NCBI GenBank assembly: GCA_963818475.1
Contig: CAWFSF010000005.1
Span: 416,001 to 480,000, forward strand
From: Nitrospirota bacterium
GTDB lineage: Bacteria; Nitrospirota; UBA9217
DNA: 64,000 nucleotides
Direction of reading: 5' to 3'
Below the pieces are notes generated by a model. That model did no database searches. It was not told the origin of the DNA and was given only the letters and a program-made list of their open reading frames with translations. The stretch's first letter is position 1; the number at the start of each line of letters is the position of its first letter. Made by a program: the position numbers and the translations under genes. This document shows positions 37,995-49,131 of the stretch, piece by piece.

Positions 37995-40900
37995 ATGATA
38001 GGAGACTCCTTGAATATCGCGAAATTGATACCCCCCTCATCGTCGCGCGCTCTCGAACGGGACCGGCTTCTCAGCAAACTGCAGGAATGGGATGAAAAAA
38101 AGCTGATCATCATCCACGGACAGGCAGGCCAGGGCAAGAGCACGCTCGTCGCAACCCACCTTCATTCGCTCGCAACACCGGCTGCGTGGTATACCCTGGA
38201 CCAGGATGATGCCGACCCTGCTGTTTTTCTCGCCGGCCTCGCACAGGCGCTCAAGCGCATCTGGCCGGACCAGACGTTCCCTCCTCCTCCTATCCCGCAG
38301 AATGGTCCCAGCGCGTTCCGTGAAACAGCGGCTCTGCACCGCTGGACCAGTCAGACCTTCAGCAGCCTTCATCAACCGGGCCTTCTTGTGCTGGATGATT
38401 ACCATGCCATAGCCTCGCCAATGGAGTTCGACCTCGTCCTGCGGACGCTGATCGACGCAACGCCTCCGCTGGTCCGGTTCATCATCATCTCCCGGACGCA
38501 GCCGTCGCTGGAGGTCGCCCGCCTCCGCGCGCGGCGCACGCTCGGCGTGCTTACGGGACAAGACCTCGCCTTCGATGACGGGGAAGCGCACGATCTCTTC
38601 CGCGACGTCTTCGGGATGCCGCTGGACCGGACGGAGAGTACTCGCATCAACCGCAGGGCCGAGGGTTGGCCTGCCGGGCTGGTGCTCACGCACGAATATC
38701 TCGCCCAGTCATCGTCGCAAAACAGCAGCGGTATCTTCGGAGCCAACCATGCTGACAAATTGCAGCCTCCGGTCTTTGAATATCTTGCGCAGGAGGTTTT
38801 TTCTCTGCTGGGTCCGGGCCTGCAGGATTTTCTTCTGCGAACCTCGGTCACGAACTGCCTGCCCCTCCGTCTCATCCAGCAACTGACCGGCCTGCCCTTG
38901 ACCGCGGCTGCGGACAAGCGCTCGGTCACGTCCATGGTGCAGGAGCTGCAGAACAGAAATCTTTTTATTTCCGTGACCGACGACGGGGCCGTGGTCCGCT
39001 ACCATGCCCTTTTTCACGAGTTTCTTCTGAAAAAACTGCAGGGATCGGCCAAACCAGCTGTCGTGCGAACGCTCTTCGCGACGGCGATCCAATACTTCGA
39101 GCAGGCCGACGATCCGGTTCGCGCCATAGACCTTTCCCTTGCAGCAGGCCAGGTCAAACAAGCGGTCCTTCAGATCGAGGCCTGCGGCCGGGACCTGCTT
39201 GCGCGTGGGCAGATCCAGACACTGCTCCGGTGGATAGGTGTTTTGCCTGTTGATCAGCAGGACCGGCCGTGGTTCCTGTTCTTTCGCGCAAATGCCCTGC
39301 GCTTCAGCGCTCCCGGCGAGGCGCTTCTGCTGCTGGACCGCGCTTTGGCCAGGTTCCGCAAGGAGCAGAAAACATCCAGCCGTTCCACGGGAGAAATGGC
39401 CTGCCTCTGCGGGATCATCGAGGCATGCTTCCATTCGGGCGGAGATTTCCACCGCATGGGGCGCGCGGCGTTGCTGGCGCAGGCGCTCCTGAGGCGCACC
39501 AGCCGCGTGTCGACCGCAGCGCGCGCCCGGCTGCTGCTCGCCGTGGGCACGGCATGGTTCTTCATCGGCAAGCTCGAAGAGGCCACGGAATCCCTGACGC
39601 AGGCACATGACCTTTTCTCCCGGCAGAACGACCCGATGTCCTGTATTACGAGCGTTCTCTACCTTGCTCCGAGCGCGCTCTACCAGGGTGATTTTCGCAA
39701 GGCCCGGACGGCGCTGCGCAAAGGCTTCGAAGCCCGCGCTGCCGTCCCCGATGACAAGGGAAGCCATGCCGCACTTTTGCTGATCCAGGCCATGACCGAT
39801 CTGTTCGAGGGAAAATTTGCCGAGGCGCAGGAAACGCTTGGGCAATGCACGGCGCTCGTCGATGCCCATGCGCTCGTGTCGATCGGTTCCCTGGCGCTCG
39901 TCATCGGCGGGTGGCTCAAGATCGCACAGGGCGACCACCGCGGAGCGGAACTGCTTCTTGAGGAGTGTAAACGCCGGGGCGAGGAGTCGCAGGATGCCTT
40001 TTTTTCCGCGTCCGCAGCCCATCTGCTCGCCATCTCCCATATGTTCCAGCGCAGGCTCGTACCGGCGAAGACCCAGTCGGATTACGCGCTGTCCATACGG
40101 ACCCAATCGGGAAGCAAGCTGTTCCATGCCATCTACCTCATCACCAGCGGCGCCATCCTCATGAAGCTCGGCAAACACGTGCGCGCGGAAAAGGAACTGC
40201 TTGGTGCACTCAGGATGCTTCAGCAGGTCAAGGCAGCGCAGCAGGAAGCAAATGCCCACCTGGTGCTGGCCCAGCTGTATGGAAAGATAAAAAAGAAAAC
40301 CCTCGTGCAGAAGCATTTGCGGGCAGGTTTTTCCATCGGCCAGGACCGGGGCTTCACCTACTACGCCCTGTTCAATGCGGGAGAACTGTCACAACTCGCG
40401 CAGCAGGCCATCGCGCAGGGCATCTGCATTGATCACTGCACCGACCTGCTCAGCCTGCGTTCTGGAGAGCCACAAGCTCCGCGTCTTCAGGTCTACTGCC
40501 TGGGCGATTTCCGGGTGGAGCGGGACCAGGCGGTCCTCAGCGATGCAGCATGGAAAAGCAAGCTGGCCAAGACCCTGCTCAAGATGCTCCTGGCCCGGGA
40601 CGACCACAAGCTGCTGCACGACCAGGTCATGGACACGCTCTGGCCGGACATTGGTCCGGAAAAGCAGCGGGCGGCATACAGCGTCATGCTCCACCGCATG
40701 CGGAAGGCGCTCGAACCTGGGGCCGGTCCGGAACCGGGAAAGGACGTCTTCTGCATTCAGCATGACCAGGACGTGCTTGCACTCAACAGCGCACGGGTCT
40801 GGACCGATGTGAGCGAGTTTCGAAAACGATTCGGACAGGCCACGCGGTTAAAGCGGACCAAGCGATGCCGCCAAAGCGCTTGAAGCATACGAAAGCACGC

Positions 40901-41250
40901 TGGCGATCTACCAGGGGGATTTTCTGCCCGACGATGCCTACAACGACTGGGCCGTCGATGCACGCGAGCGGCTGCGCTCTCATTACCACAAAGCGCTTGA
41001 GGATGCCGGCGAGATCGCCGAACTTCTGGACGACCGGAGCAAGGCGGCTCACTTTTACGACCTGCGGTTCTCAAGCGACCCGTGCAATGAAAGGTCCTGC
41101 CGCTGGCTCATGGCGTGGCACATCGCCAACGGGCACCGGAGCGAGGCCGTGCGCATTTACGAGCGCTGCGAGCGGGCGCTCAGCCGCGATTTGGACACGG
41201 AGCCGGAGGAGCAGACGAGAAAGGTTTACCGGAGGATCATCGGGGGGTGA
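37995..41250 (+). CDS. MalT-like STAND NTPase/TPR regulator with C-terminal BTAD activator region (frameshift near 40860)
   Basis: [29 protein letters not shown]; C-terminal [32 protein letters not shown]. Confidence 0.85.
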
Positions 41251-41295
41251 GACTCATGCCCATCAGAGCTCCAGAGGGATCTTCGCTATTATTAG

Positions 41296-41450
41296 GCGAG
41301 GCCTTGCATTCTTCCCACACCTCCCGCCACTCATTTGCTAAGCATCTCCTGCAGACCAGTCATGATCACCGTACTGTTCAGGAAGTACCCAGTCACTCCG
41401 ATGTTAAAACGACGATGATCTACACTCACTGTGTCCCGGGCAAGACGGTC
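41296..41450 (+). pseudogene. intI: Integron integrase C-terminal remnant
   Basis: [41 protein letters not shown], a degenerate form of IntI HxxRHSFATHLL..DIRTVQELLGHxDVxTTMIYTH. Confidence 0.8.
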
Positions 41451-41839
41451 CCGCAGCCTTGGGAAGCAACTGTGGTTTTTCTGCAACAACGCACACAACC
41501 TCTGCTCATTTTTACCACGATCCAGACAGGCCTCCCCTTGTTTAACTAGCTGATTGCAAACGCCTTCGACCCGCAATTGCCGTGGCACGGAGATTGCTAT
41601 TCATCTTGATCAGAAGAAGACCTACCCATGCTCAGACTACAGCCGCCTTGTAAAAGCTCGGTCCATCTCCATGTTAACGCTTGTTCCTGTTTTGAAGCAC
41701 AAGAACCTCAACGAATCTGCCCAGATGCTATCAGAGTAATGCAAAGCGGTGCTATGAAGTTTGCATAAGAAGTACTGTCTCATAGAGTTTTACAAAGAGG
41801 TCGAGACCGACGCGCTGTATGAAAAATAGAAGGAAACTT

Positions 41840-42482
41840 ATGAGAAAACCAATTGTACTATTCTTTATTATCATGCTAGCTTTTCCCTGTCTGGTATTGG
41901 CCGAGATCGACACGGATCTACGCTTTAAATTCGGCAGTGCCACTGGATCTGACAGAATAGAATTCGAAAATGCAATTGGGCACGGTTCTGATAAGAGATG
42001 GAACCAACGCCCAGGTCGAACTTGTCCTTAGTCAGCATCGGGACGCCGCCTTCGGATTTGTTATGGCAATCGGTTTTTTTCATAGACAGCATTCGGGAGA
42101 AATTCAAGATCTATCGATTCCGATCAAGGTGGACTACTCGGTTTCCGGCATGAGTATCGCCCCGGGAGCGCGTTTGAGGATCAGCGACACATTGAACTTT
42201 GAAGTGAAGTTCGACATAGGGTTAAGCAACGCGGGTCAGGTTACGTTGAACAGCCCCGGAGTCAACTGGAATGCCACGAAAAAGGGAGACTATGGATCGG
42301 TATCGCTAATTGTCGGTGGGTACTATTTGTTTAAAAGTTCCTCTATTCGAGTCGGAGTAGAAGTCGGTATGCAGGAGTTCGAAGGCGATTTCGAAATATG
42401 GTCAAATGGCGGCAGCTGGTCTTCTGGAAATGTAACGGGAGAACGCGGAACGGCCAATATAGTATGCGGCTTTCAATTCTAA
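41840..42482 (+). CDS. Putative outer-membrane beta-barrel protein (frameshift near 41990)
   Basis: Signal peptide MRKPIVLFF..LA; beta-strand pattern; C-terminal GFQF. Confidence 0.6.
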
Positions 42483-42568
42483 TCAAAATGACCTGTATGC
42501 CATGCGGTTGCAATAATCTGCCTGGTTCCTTCAGGAGAGGTGCTTTGTCGGCATAATACGACAGGAGG

Positions 42569-43051
42569 ATGAACTATATGATCGACGATGCTTGTTCCAG
42601 ACGTGAGTTCCTGAAGAAGTTTGCTTTGCTGTCCGGCGGTACACTGATGCTGAGTGCAGCGTCGATCGCCTGTTCCGGACTGCCAAAGAGCGCGCTGCCC
42701 TCGCTCATCGGCATATACTTCTACGATGGAGACATGCAGAGGGTCGATCTTCGGGGAAATCAGACTGTCCCGGTTCATACGCAGTTTGCCTTTGTTTTCT
42801 CAACGGATATGAACACGGACTTGCATCTTTTTTCTTATAGGACCGGGATAACGTTCGTGGATTCGAACAACAACCCTATCGGCTTCAAAGAAGGCTGGGT
42901 CGATGCCCGGACGCTGAACCTGACCCCGTCCGCCGATCTGTCATTCAATACGGATTACATCCTTACGGTTTATAAAGCCGAAGATTCGATAGGCAATCCG
43001 TTGAACGATTATGCGGATGCGTCCGCAGCGTTCAGGACTACGAGTATCTGA
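42569..43051 (+). CDS. Tat-exported lipoprotein with Ig-like (SbsA/Big_5-type) domain
   Basis: SRREFLK twin-arginine; SIAC; FSTDM..LTPSADLSFNTDYILTV..DSIGNPL. Confidence 0.75.
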   Translation: MNYMIDDACSRREFLKKFALLSGGTLMLSAASIACSGLPKSALPSLIGIYFYDGDMQRVDLRGNQTVPVHTQFAFVFSTDMNTDLHLFSYRTGITFVDSNNNPIGFKEGWVDARTLNLTPSADLSFNTDYILTVYKAEDSIGNPLNDYADASAAFRTTSI

Positions 43052-43120
43052 CGTGGAAAACCTATCACAGGCCAGAATAAACATGAGAGCCCGCTAAGGG
43101 AAAACCGCACACAGGAATCT

Positions 43121-43950
43121 ATGAGAGGAACCGGCATTGTGAAATATTTTATTGTTTTTATAGCACTTGCATCTATCCTGCCAACTCACCTCATGGCGTC
43201 CCAGGACGAGGCTGCTAGCCATGCAAATGAAAACCAAGAGATAAGGGTCGAAAGTAAGGCTGCTCTAAAAGCGATGGAAAATTTCATTATGGTTTTCAGG
43301 TAGGTAGCTCAAGCAATGGGATTAAAACAAATGATACAAAATACCTGGATGAATCGGACGAAAATAGGACGAGTAATCTGTTAAAAACCGGCCTGGAATA
43401 CGAACTAAGCAGGGCCTTTTCAACTCGAATTTCTTTAGGGTTTCAAAGTCAATCTGAAAGTGGATACACAGAACGTGATAGTACTATTACGGACGCCAGT
43501 GGTGAAACATTTACACTTGATGAGAGAAAAATTGATTATTCCAATAACGAGGCCGGAATATCTCTTTCACTCATTCACAACAAAAGACTTGGTTCCCGTT
43601 GGAATATCAGAAATATGCTCTCATTTGGTTACGCTCGCGGAGCGGAAGAATATGAAGAGTTTATAAAGACCGATAGAAAACACTGGGCGCTTTTTAGCAA
43701 CCATAACCGATATACGTTAAATTCAAAGAGAAACTATGAAAGACGCTCAGTGTCATATGGCATTGAGGCTGTCTTTAAAATATTTGTGATTTCAGTAGAG
43801 GCGAGGCATTCAGAAATGAATACGAGATCAATCAACAATAGTCTATTAATATACGGCGAAGATTTTTCTTTTGGTGATGACGCTTATGCTTTTGCGACAT
43901 ACAGAAATGAAGTACAAGATCTTATAGCCTGGATAGGAATGAGATTCTAA
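43121..43950 (+). pseudogene. Fragmented low-GC outer-membrane-type protein
   Basis: Signal peptide ORF at 43121, several frame breaks, C-terminal WIGMRF. Confidence 0.5.
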
Positions 43951-43963
43951 GATTTTTGCCGCC

Positions 43964-44081
43964 TGTGCAGAAACATCAAAACCCTGTTCAACTTAGAACC
44001 GCCGGTAACGGCGAAGAGATCCGTGCGGCAGCGCTGCAATTCGTGAGAAAAGTAAGCGGCTTCAACAAACCTTCGAAAACC
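43964..44081 (+). pseudogene. Degenerate partial duplicate of the DUF2277 gene 5' half
   Basis: Near-identical to 44251-44370; lacks ATG. Confidence 0.85.
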
Positions 44082-44249
44082 AGCTGACAGGATCGTTTTT
44101 TTCCATACCAGCGGCCCGATAAAAGTTTCACCATCAGTTATAATATAAACAGGAGACTCGCGAAAACCGAGCACCTCAATATTCCGTCCGCCCTTCTCAA
44201 GACGCTTGCTTATTTGCGTTGGATGGCCCTGAAGCAGGGAGGTAACGCT

Positions 44250-44519
44250 ATGTGCAGAAACATCAAAACCCTGTTCAACTTCGAACCGCCGGTGACGGAT
44301 GAAGAGATCCGTGCGGCAGCTCTGCAATTCGTGAGAAAAGTGAGCGGCTTCAACAAACCTTCGAAAACCAACGAAGCGGCATTCCTTGCGGCTGTTGACG
44401 AGGTGGCGGGAGTTTCCCGGAACCTGCTGAGCTCACTTGAGACGAACGCACCGCCGAGGAGCCGTGATGAAGAAGCCGCCAAGGCACGAGCACGCGCTGC
44501 TCAGCGGTTTCCCCGCTGA
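44250..44519 (+). CDS. DUF2277-family protein
   Basis: MCRNIKTLFNFEPPVTDEEIRAAALQFVRKVSG; GGAGG RBS. Confidence 0.9.
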   Translation: MCRNIKTLFNFEPPVTDEEIRAAALQFVRKVSGFNKPSKTNEAAFLAAVDEVAGVSRNLLSSLETNAPPRSRDEEAAKARARAAQRFPR

Positions 44520-44588
44520 ACCTTTCGCCGCATCGAACAAAATCCCTCTCCTACGACTGTCACGCTCACGGTCCCCGCACTGCTCCGA

Positions 44589-44859
44589 TCAGAAGTCCAG
44601 CGGGCTCTTCATCTCTTTCATGGTCTTGCTCGGCACGTGTGGGTATAGATCATCGTTGTTCGCACATCTGCATGCCGCCGCATCTTCTCAATAAACAAGC
44701 GTACTTGTTCTGACTTTGCATCCGGCGGCGGATACTTGACCCGAAAATCAAGGTAATAGCGAAGCCATTTCCGGTAGTCATCCCTCAATGTCGCCGATAC
44801 AGCCTTCTGTTCTAAAACCGCATTAAATTGCACAAGAATGCCTTCGGGATAGGCTGCAC
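44589..44859 (-). pseudogene. intI: Internally deleted integron integrase
   Basis: AGGAGG RBS; N-terminal ..YRKWLRYYLDF.. joined directly to HADVRTTMIYTH..KSPLDF*. Confidence 0.8.
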
Positions 44860-44996
44860 GGTCTCCTCCTGGAATTAGCTAATACCGTATTTGCATATTA
44901 GTTCGAATCCTGGGAACATACCATTATATGCATATTAGCCTTTTGCTCGAAGCTTAATTAAATCAGCAAGATACGTCAAGTTTTTTCTTAAATTCA

Positions 44997-45026
44997 TTGA
45001 CTCATAAAACGGTTCTATGCTACTGT
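44997..45026 (+). promoter_or_regulatory. Pc-like promoter facing the cassette
   Basis: TTGACT-N18-TACTGT with TGn extension, divergent from intI. Confidence 0.45.
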
Positions 45027-45269
45027 ATCCCGAAGAACTAAGAACTTGTTGAACCTGTAGAAAAACCCCTGAAAGGACGCATTTTAGGCCCTTGAGGGTA
45101 GCATTGCAATTCGACAGATGATAGTAAGAATGGCGATAGCGATGATCCTCAGCCCGAATGAAGGGCTTTCCCTCACTGATCGATCATCGCAAGACATCGT
45201 TGAAGTTTAATCGTGTTAAACGAAGCCTGGTGCATTGGCGTTTGAAAAGGTACTTTTCCTACAGACTCG

Positions 45270-45722
45270 TTAGCTCCATCACAAATGAAAAAGACACTAA
45301 AAATATTTGCGTTAATTGGAGCAGTAAGCGCTGCCATAGTGATCGGCTGGTATAGTTTTCTATTTATAGACTACTTTGCCAGCTCCCCCTTTGACGATCG
45401 TCCCTTTGGCAGAGAACTGTGGATTAAGAACTACAATAACCCGGACCCGAACAATCCTCGCGCAGAAATGATTACCGATTTAACGAAGAACTATTTAAAA
45501 ACCAATATGACGCGAAAACAAGTCATAAACTTACTCGGCAAGCCCGACAGGCGAGACGAAAAGCGTTTTATAAGTTACCTCATCGGAATGCAAGGTTTTG
45601 CAAGTGACCCTGGTCAGCTAGAACTTGAATTCAATGATGAAAAGAAATTAGTCGGATATCATCTGGTCGAGAGGTGACAGCTAACGAGTCGTTCGAGCCG
45701 CCTCTGGCGGCTCAACTCATTG
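45270..45722 (+). mobile_element. Integron gene cassette
   Basis: Core GTTAGCT at 45269-75 is complementary to inverse core AGCTAAC at 45679-85; single ORF; attC follows. Confidence 0.85.
45285..45677 (+). CDS. Cassette-encoded membrane-anchored hypothetical protein (SmpA/OmlA-like motif)
   Basis: Low GC; N-terminal TM; MTRKQVINLLGKPD. Confidence 0.8.
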   Translation: MKKTLKIFALIGAVSAAIVIGWYSFLFIDYFASSPFDDRPFGRELWIKNYNNPDPNNPRAEMITDLTKNYLKTNMTRKQVINLLGKPDRRDEKRFISYLIGMQGFASDPGQLELEFNDEKKLVGYHLVER

Positions 45723-45728
45723 TTAATT
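45679..45728 (+). other. attC recombination site
   Basis: AGCTAAC-GAGTCGTTCGAGCCGCC-tct-GGCGGCTCAACTCATT-GTTAATT with extrahelical C. Confidence 0.85.
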
Positions 45729-45745
45729 TTGAAAAGGAGAGGTCG

Positions 45746-46048
45746 ATGGTCAGAGTTATACAGCTTTTCTCCTAGTATGCTGGTGAGGCAGATGCTTTGA
45801 CAAAAGATTATTTAATAAATAACGAGTGGGGTCCAAATTTTGGTAAATTAGAACTCTATTTCAAGTTCGCAAAAGATAACACATTCAAAACAGAGACGAA
45901 CTTCGAAGGTGGGGCCGGGTACAGTGGAACATATAAAATTGCTAACCAAAAACTCGTTCTGAAAATTATCTCGGCCGGGGAAGGGCGGGAATTTATCGGC
46001 AAGGAGTTAATTTACGCATTGCTTACTGCGTTAATCATTCCTTTTTAG
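45746..46048 (+). pseudogene. Truncated second cassette ORF (low GC)
   Basis: AGGAG RBS just after the attC core; frame break; no closing attC seen. Confidence 0.5.
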
Positions 46049-46228
46049 TGAAAGGTTCTCGACAAATTGCTGCATGATTGTAACTGATTTACTGTTCGCC
46101 GTCACCTGTCAACAGTGATCAAACTAAAAGATTGCGTTACTATCCTGACGCCTCTTAGAGTCCGCTTTACTTTTTATGGGGATACACGAAAGGCATCGTT
46201 GCATCCGTTGCGTAGAAACCTCTGCTTG

Positions 46229-47416
46229 CTAACGCACCCTCACCCTATTGATCAAATCGACCTTCTCAATGACCTGCTCCTTGCCTTGCCGGTCCATCCG
46301 GATCAGGTACTTCCCGTTGGAGTATACGATCTCGCCCTTCTCTGACAGATCGAAGTCGATCACACCTTTCTTGATGCACGTAAGCCTGCCATCCTGCTCC
46401 CGTCTCGTCAGCTCCCAGCTCCGGGGCGCGATGCCCGGGAATGCGTCGCCCTTCGCGCGGTTCTCCTTCAGCGCCTGCTCCGCATTGATCGTGTTGCCGT
46501 TCAGGAAGATCTCCTTGAGGTCCTTTTCCTTGGATTGCGTGGGGTTAGGCCCCGCAGAGGAAAGCGGTTCGCCAGTGTAGCGCATGCTGAAGAACTGGAG
46601 AAAGGAATAAAATGCCTTGCCCAGGCGCCAGGGGATGAGCAGGAAATCCTTGAAGGTCATCGACTGGTGTCCATTTTTTTTGTATGGCCGCTTGATGAAG
46701 AAGAGCCTGTCTTCCTGGTCCACCCGCGGCAGGAAGCAATCGTGTTTGGGTACGGATATCAGTTCGCTGATCGTTCCCGAGTCGAGATCCAGCCTGTTGA
46801 TCGCCCGCTCACCGACCGCGAAATACCGCCCTGCTCCGTCCTTCCCGACGCCGGCCGAGTCGTAATAGACCGAACGGACCGCTTGTTTGCCCCAGACAGG
46901 GTTCTCGTCAACACACTCTCCCTCGGTCACTTTCCGATAGCGTGAGCTTTTCGGCTCGAACAGCGCAAGGTGCCGTTCCCAGGCGGAATCCTGTATTGAC
47001 GCAATGATCTCATCGGTCCCTTGGTGATAGTCGATGTTCAGGAATGCGGTCTTGTTGTCATGGATGATGTGCCCTTCGGTTTCCGTATCATCCTTCGGGT
47101 TCTTCAAAAAGATGCCTGAATAGCTTTCCACGGACAAGGAGTAAACGATCTTGTTGTCCCGGGCAAAAGCGAGGCCGTTCACCACGGCCCTGGCGTCGAT
47201 CTCTTCGGGTCCCGGGCCATGCTGCGGCTGGACTTGGCGGAAGGCCGCGCCCATACCCTCGGTTTTCCAGGCGTTCTTCCTCTCGATCGTCTCGCGGTTT
47301 CTCTTGTACCTTTCCAGGTAATGGCAGGTTGCAAAAACAGCGGAGTTCCCTTCGCTGCAGCCCAGTCTGTTCCTCGCGCTGAATATGATCCGGTCATTCA
47401 TCGGCATCCGTTCCAT
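46229..47416 (-). CDS. Hypothetical TolB-like/beta-propeller protein
   Basis: Intact 395-aa ORF; VTEGECVDENPVW-type repeats; no signal peptide. Confidence 0.7.
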   Translation of the reverse strand: MERMPMNDRIIFSARNRLGCSEGNSAVFATCHYLERYKRNRETIERKNAWKTEGMGAAFRQVQPQHGPGPEEIDARAVVNGLAFARDNKIVYSLSVESYSGIFLKNPKDDTETEGHIIHDNKTAFLNIDYHQGTDEIIASIQDSAWERHLALFEPKSSRYRKVTEGECVDENPVWGKQAVRSVYYDSAGVGKDGAGRYFAVGERAINRLDLDSGTISELISVPKHDCFLPRVDQEDRLFFIKRPYKKNGHQSMTFKDFLLIPWRLGKAFYSFLQFFSMRYTGEPLSSAGPNPTQSKEKDLKEIFLNGNTINAEQALKENRAKGDAFPGIAPRSWELTRREQDGRLTCIKKGVIDFDLSEKGEIVYSNGKYLIRMDRQGKEQVIEKVDLINRVRVR

Positions 47417-47706
47417 TCTCGTTCATCGTCCTTTAAGCAGGTTTATGGAAACCCGGTCGGTTGGGATCAAATCTTTACAATCAACATCCGCCCAGCAGTC
47501 GCAAAATATACAGATTCGTTCTTAACTAAGGTTACCTTAATGAGCGAATCTATTAATGGTAGGACACGTTCTAAATGCAAAACTTGGAATGGGAATTGAT
47601 GTTATCTCGGAGGGGCAGGTTAATTATATGGATATGCAACCTATTGTCAAGGACGATGATGGGGTAATTTAAGGGTAACGGAAGAGATTTACACCTATTG
47701 ATTACT

Positions 47707-49104
47707 TGACAAGTTTCAGGACATCGGTTACCCGGATATGTCAAGACATCGGTTACCCGAAATCCATTTAAATTAGGATGTCAGTTTCCTTAATGCTGTT
47801 TGATGCTATCATGCTCTCCTAATCTGAATCAAGAAGGAGAGCCTCTATGGAAGAAGAACTCAGACAGGCAGCTATTAGCCGACACATCCAGGGAGGCGAA
47901 TCGCCAAAGGATGTTTATACCAGCCTGAACCGATCCAAAAAGTGGTTCTTCAAATGGCTGATACGATATCGAACCGGCGGACCCGACTGGTACAAAGAGC
48001 AATCTCGCGCTCCCAAAACAAAGCCCTCAGAAATCGACGAGAAGTCGAAAGAGCGTATTCTTTCGACCAGACAAAACTTGGTGGATGCCCCTTATGCCCA
48101 AATTGGAGTTTCCTCCATAAAATGGGAGCTTAAGAAGCAAGGGTTGCCGTTTCCCTCGGACAGCACGATAAACCGGGTGTTGAAACGCGAAGGGCTCGTT
48201 AAAAAAAACAGCTTATGCGCCCAAAGGGGTCGAATACCCGTACTTCACCGAAGCCTTGGGATGCAACAACATCCACCAGATGGACCTGGTGGGGCCGCGC
48301 TACATTAAAGATGACGGCAGATTCTATGCGCTGAATGTCATTGATCTGTTCAGCCATGAAGTCTACACCGAGGCTCAAAGAACGAAACAGGATTCCCACG
48401 TCTGCCAAGGCCTTTTGCGCTGTTGGAAGACCGTGGGCATCCCTGATTACCTGCAGATGGACAACGCGCTGAACTTCCGGGGCAGCAACCGGCATCCCAG
48501 GTCCATGGGGATGGTCATACGGCTTTGTCTGAGTTACGGTGTCCATCCGGTATTCATCCCGATCGGAGAACCATGGCGTAACGGCGTTGTGGAACGTTTC
48601 AATGACACCTACGACAAACGGTTCTTTCGTCGGCAATGGTTCTCAAGCTATGCTGTGCTGAAACAGCAGAACAAGAATTTTCAACGGTTTTCACAACAAG
48701 CATCACCGATACAGCTGCCTCAAAGGGAAAACGGCTCATGAAATGAAACTGGCCCACGGCTTTGCGCCAATAACCGTGAGGTCGAATAGCAAGATGCCGG
48801 ATCTTAGCTTCATCCCGGATGGAAATGTATCTCTCGTACGGTTCATCCGGAGCAATCGGCAGCTTGATATCTTTGGAGAACGTTTCGAGGTATCAAGAGA
48901 CCTCATATACTCTTATGTCAGGGCACAGATTGTAACGAATCTACATGCTGTGCAGCTCTATCTAGGAAATGACATCGTCGATACTTTTGAGTACCTAATG
49001 CCGGACGATTTACTACCAGTTGAGCAAACTATCAGACTCGGGTAACCGATGTCTTGATATATGGGACCATTAGAATCGGGTAACCGATGTCCTGACATTT
49101 GACA
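47707..49104 (+). mobile_element. IS481-like insertion sequence (1398 bp)
   Basis: TG..CA ends with inverted repeats, each end carrying two GACATCGGTTACCC copies; ATTACT duplicated at 47701-06 and 49105-10. Confidence 0.9.
47847..49045 (+). CDS. DDE transposase (HTH plus rve core), split into three frames
   Basis: SKKWFFKW HTH; HQMDLVG, LQMDNA, PWRNGVVERFN. Confidence 0.88.
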
Positions 49105-49131
49105 ATTACTGGCAGTAGTGCACGTCAATAA

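Noticed and set aside
41460-43950. Low-GC envelope genes as integron cassettes
   Set aside because: No RYYYAAC..GTTRRRY palindromic attC found between them by eye
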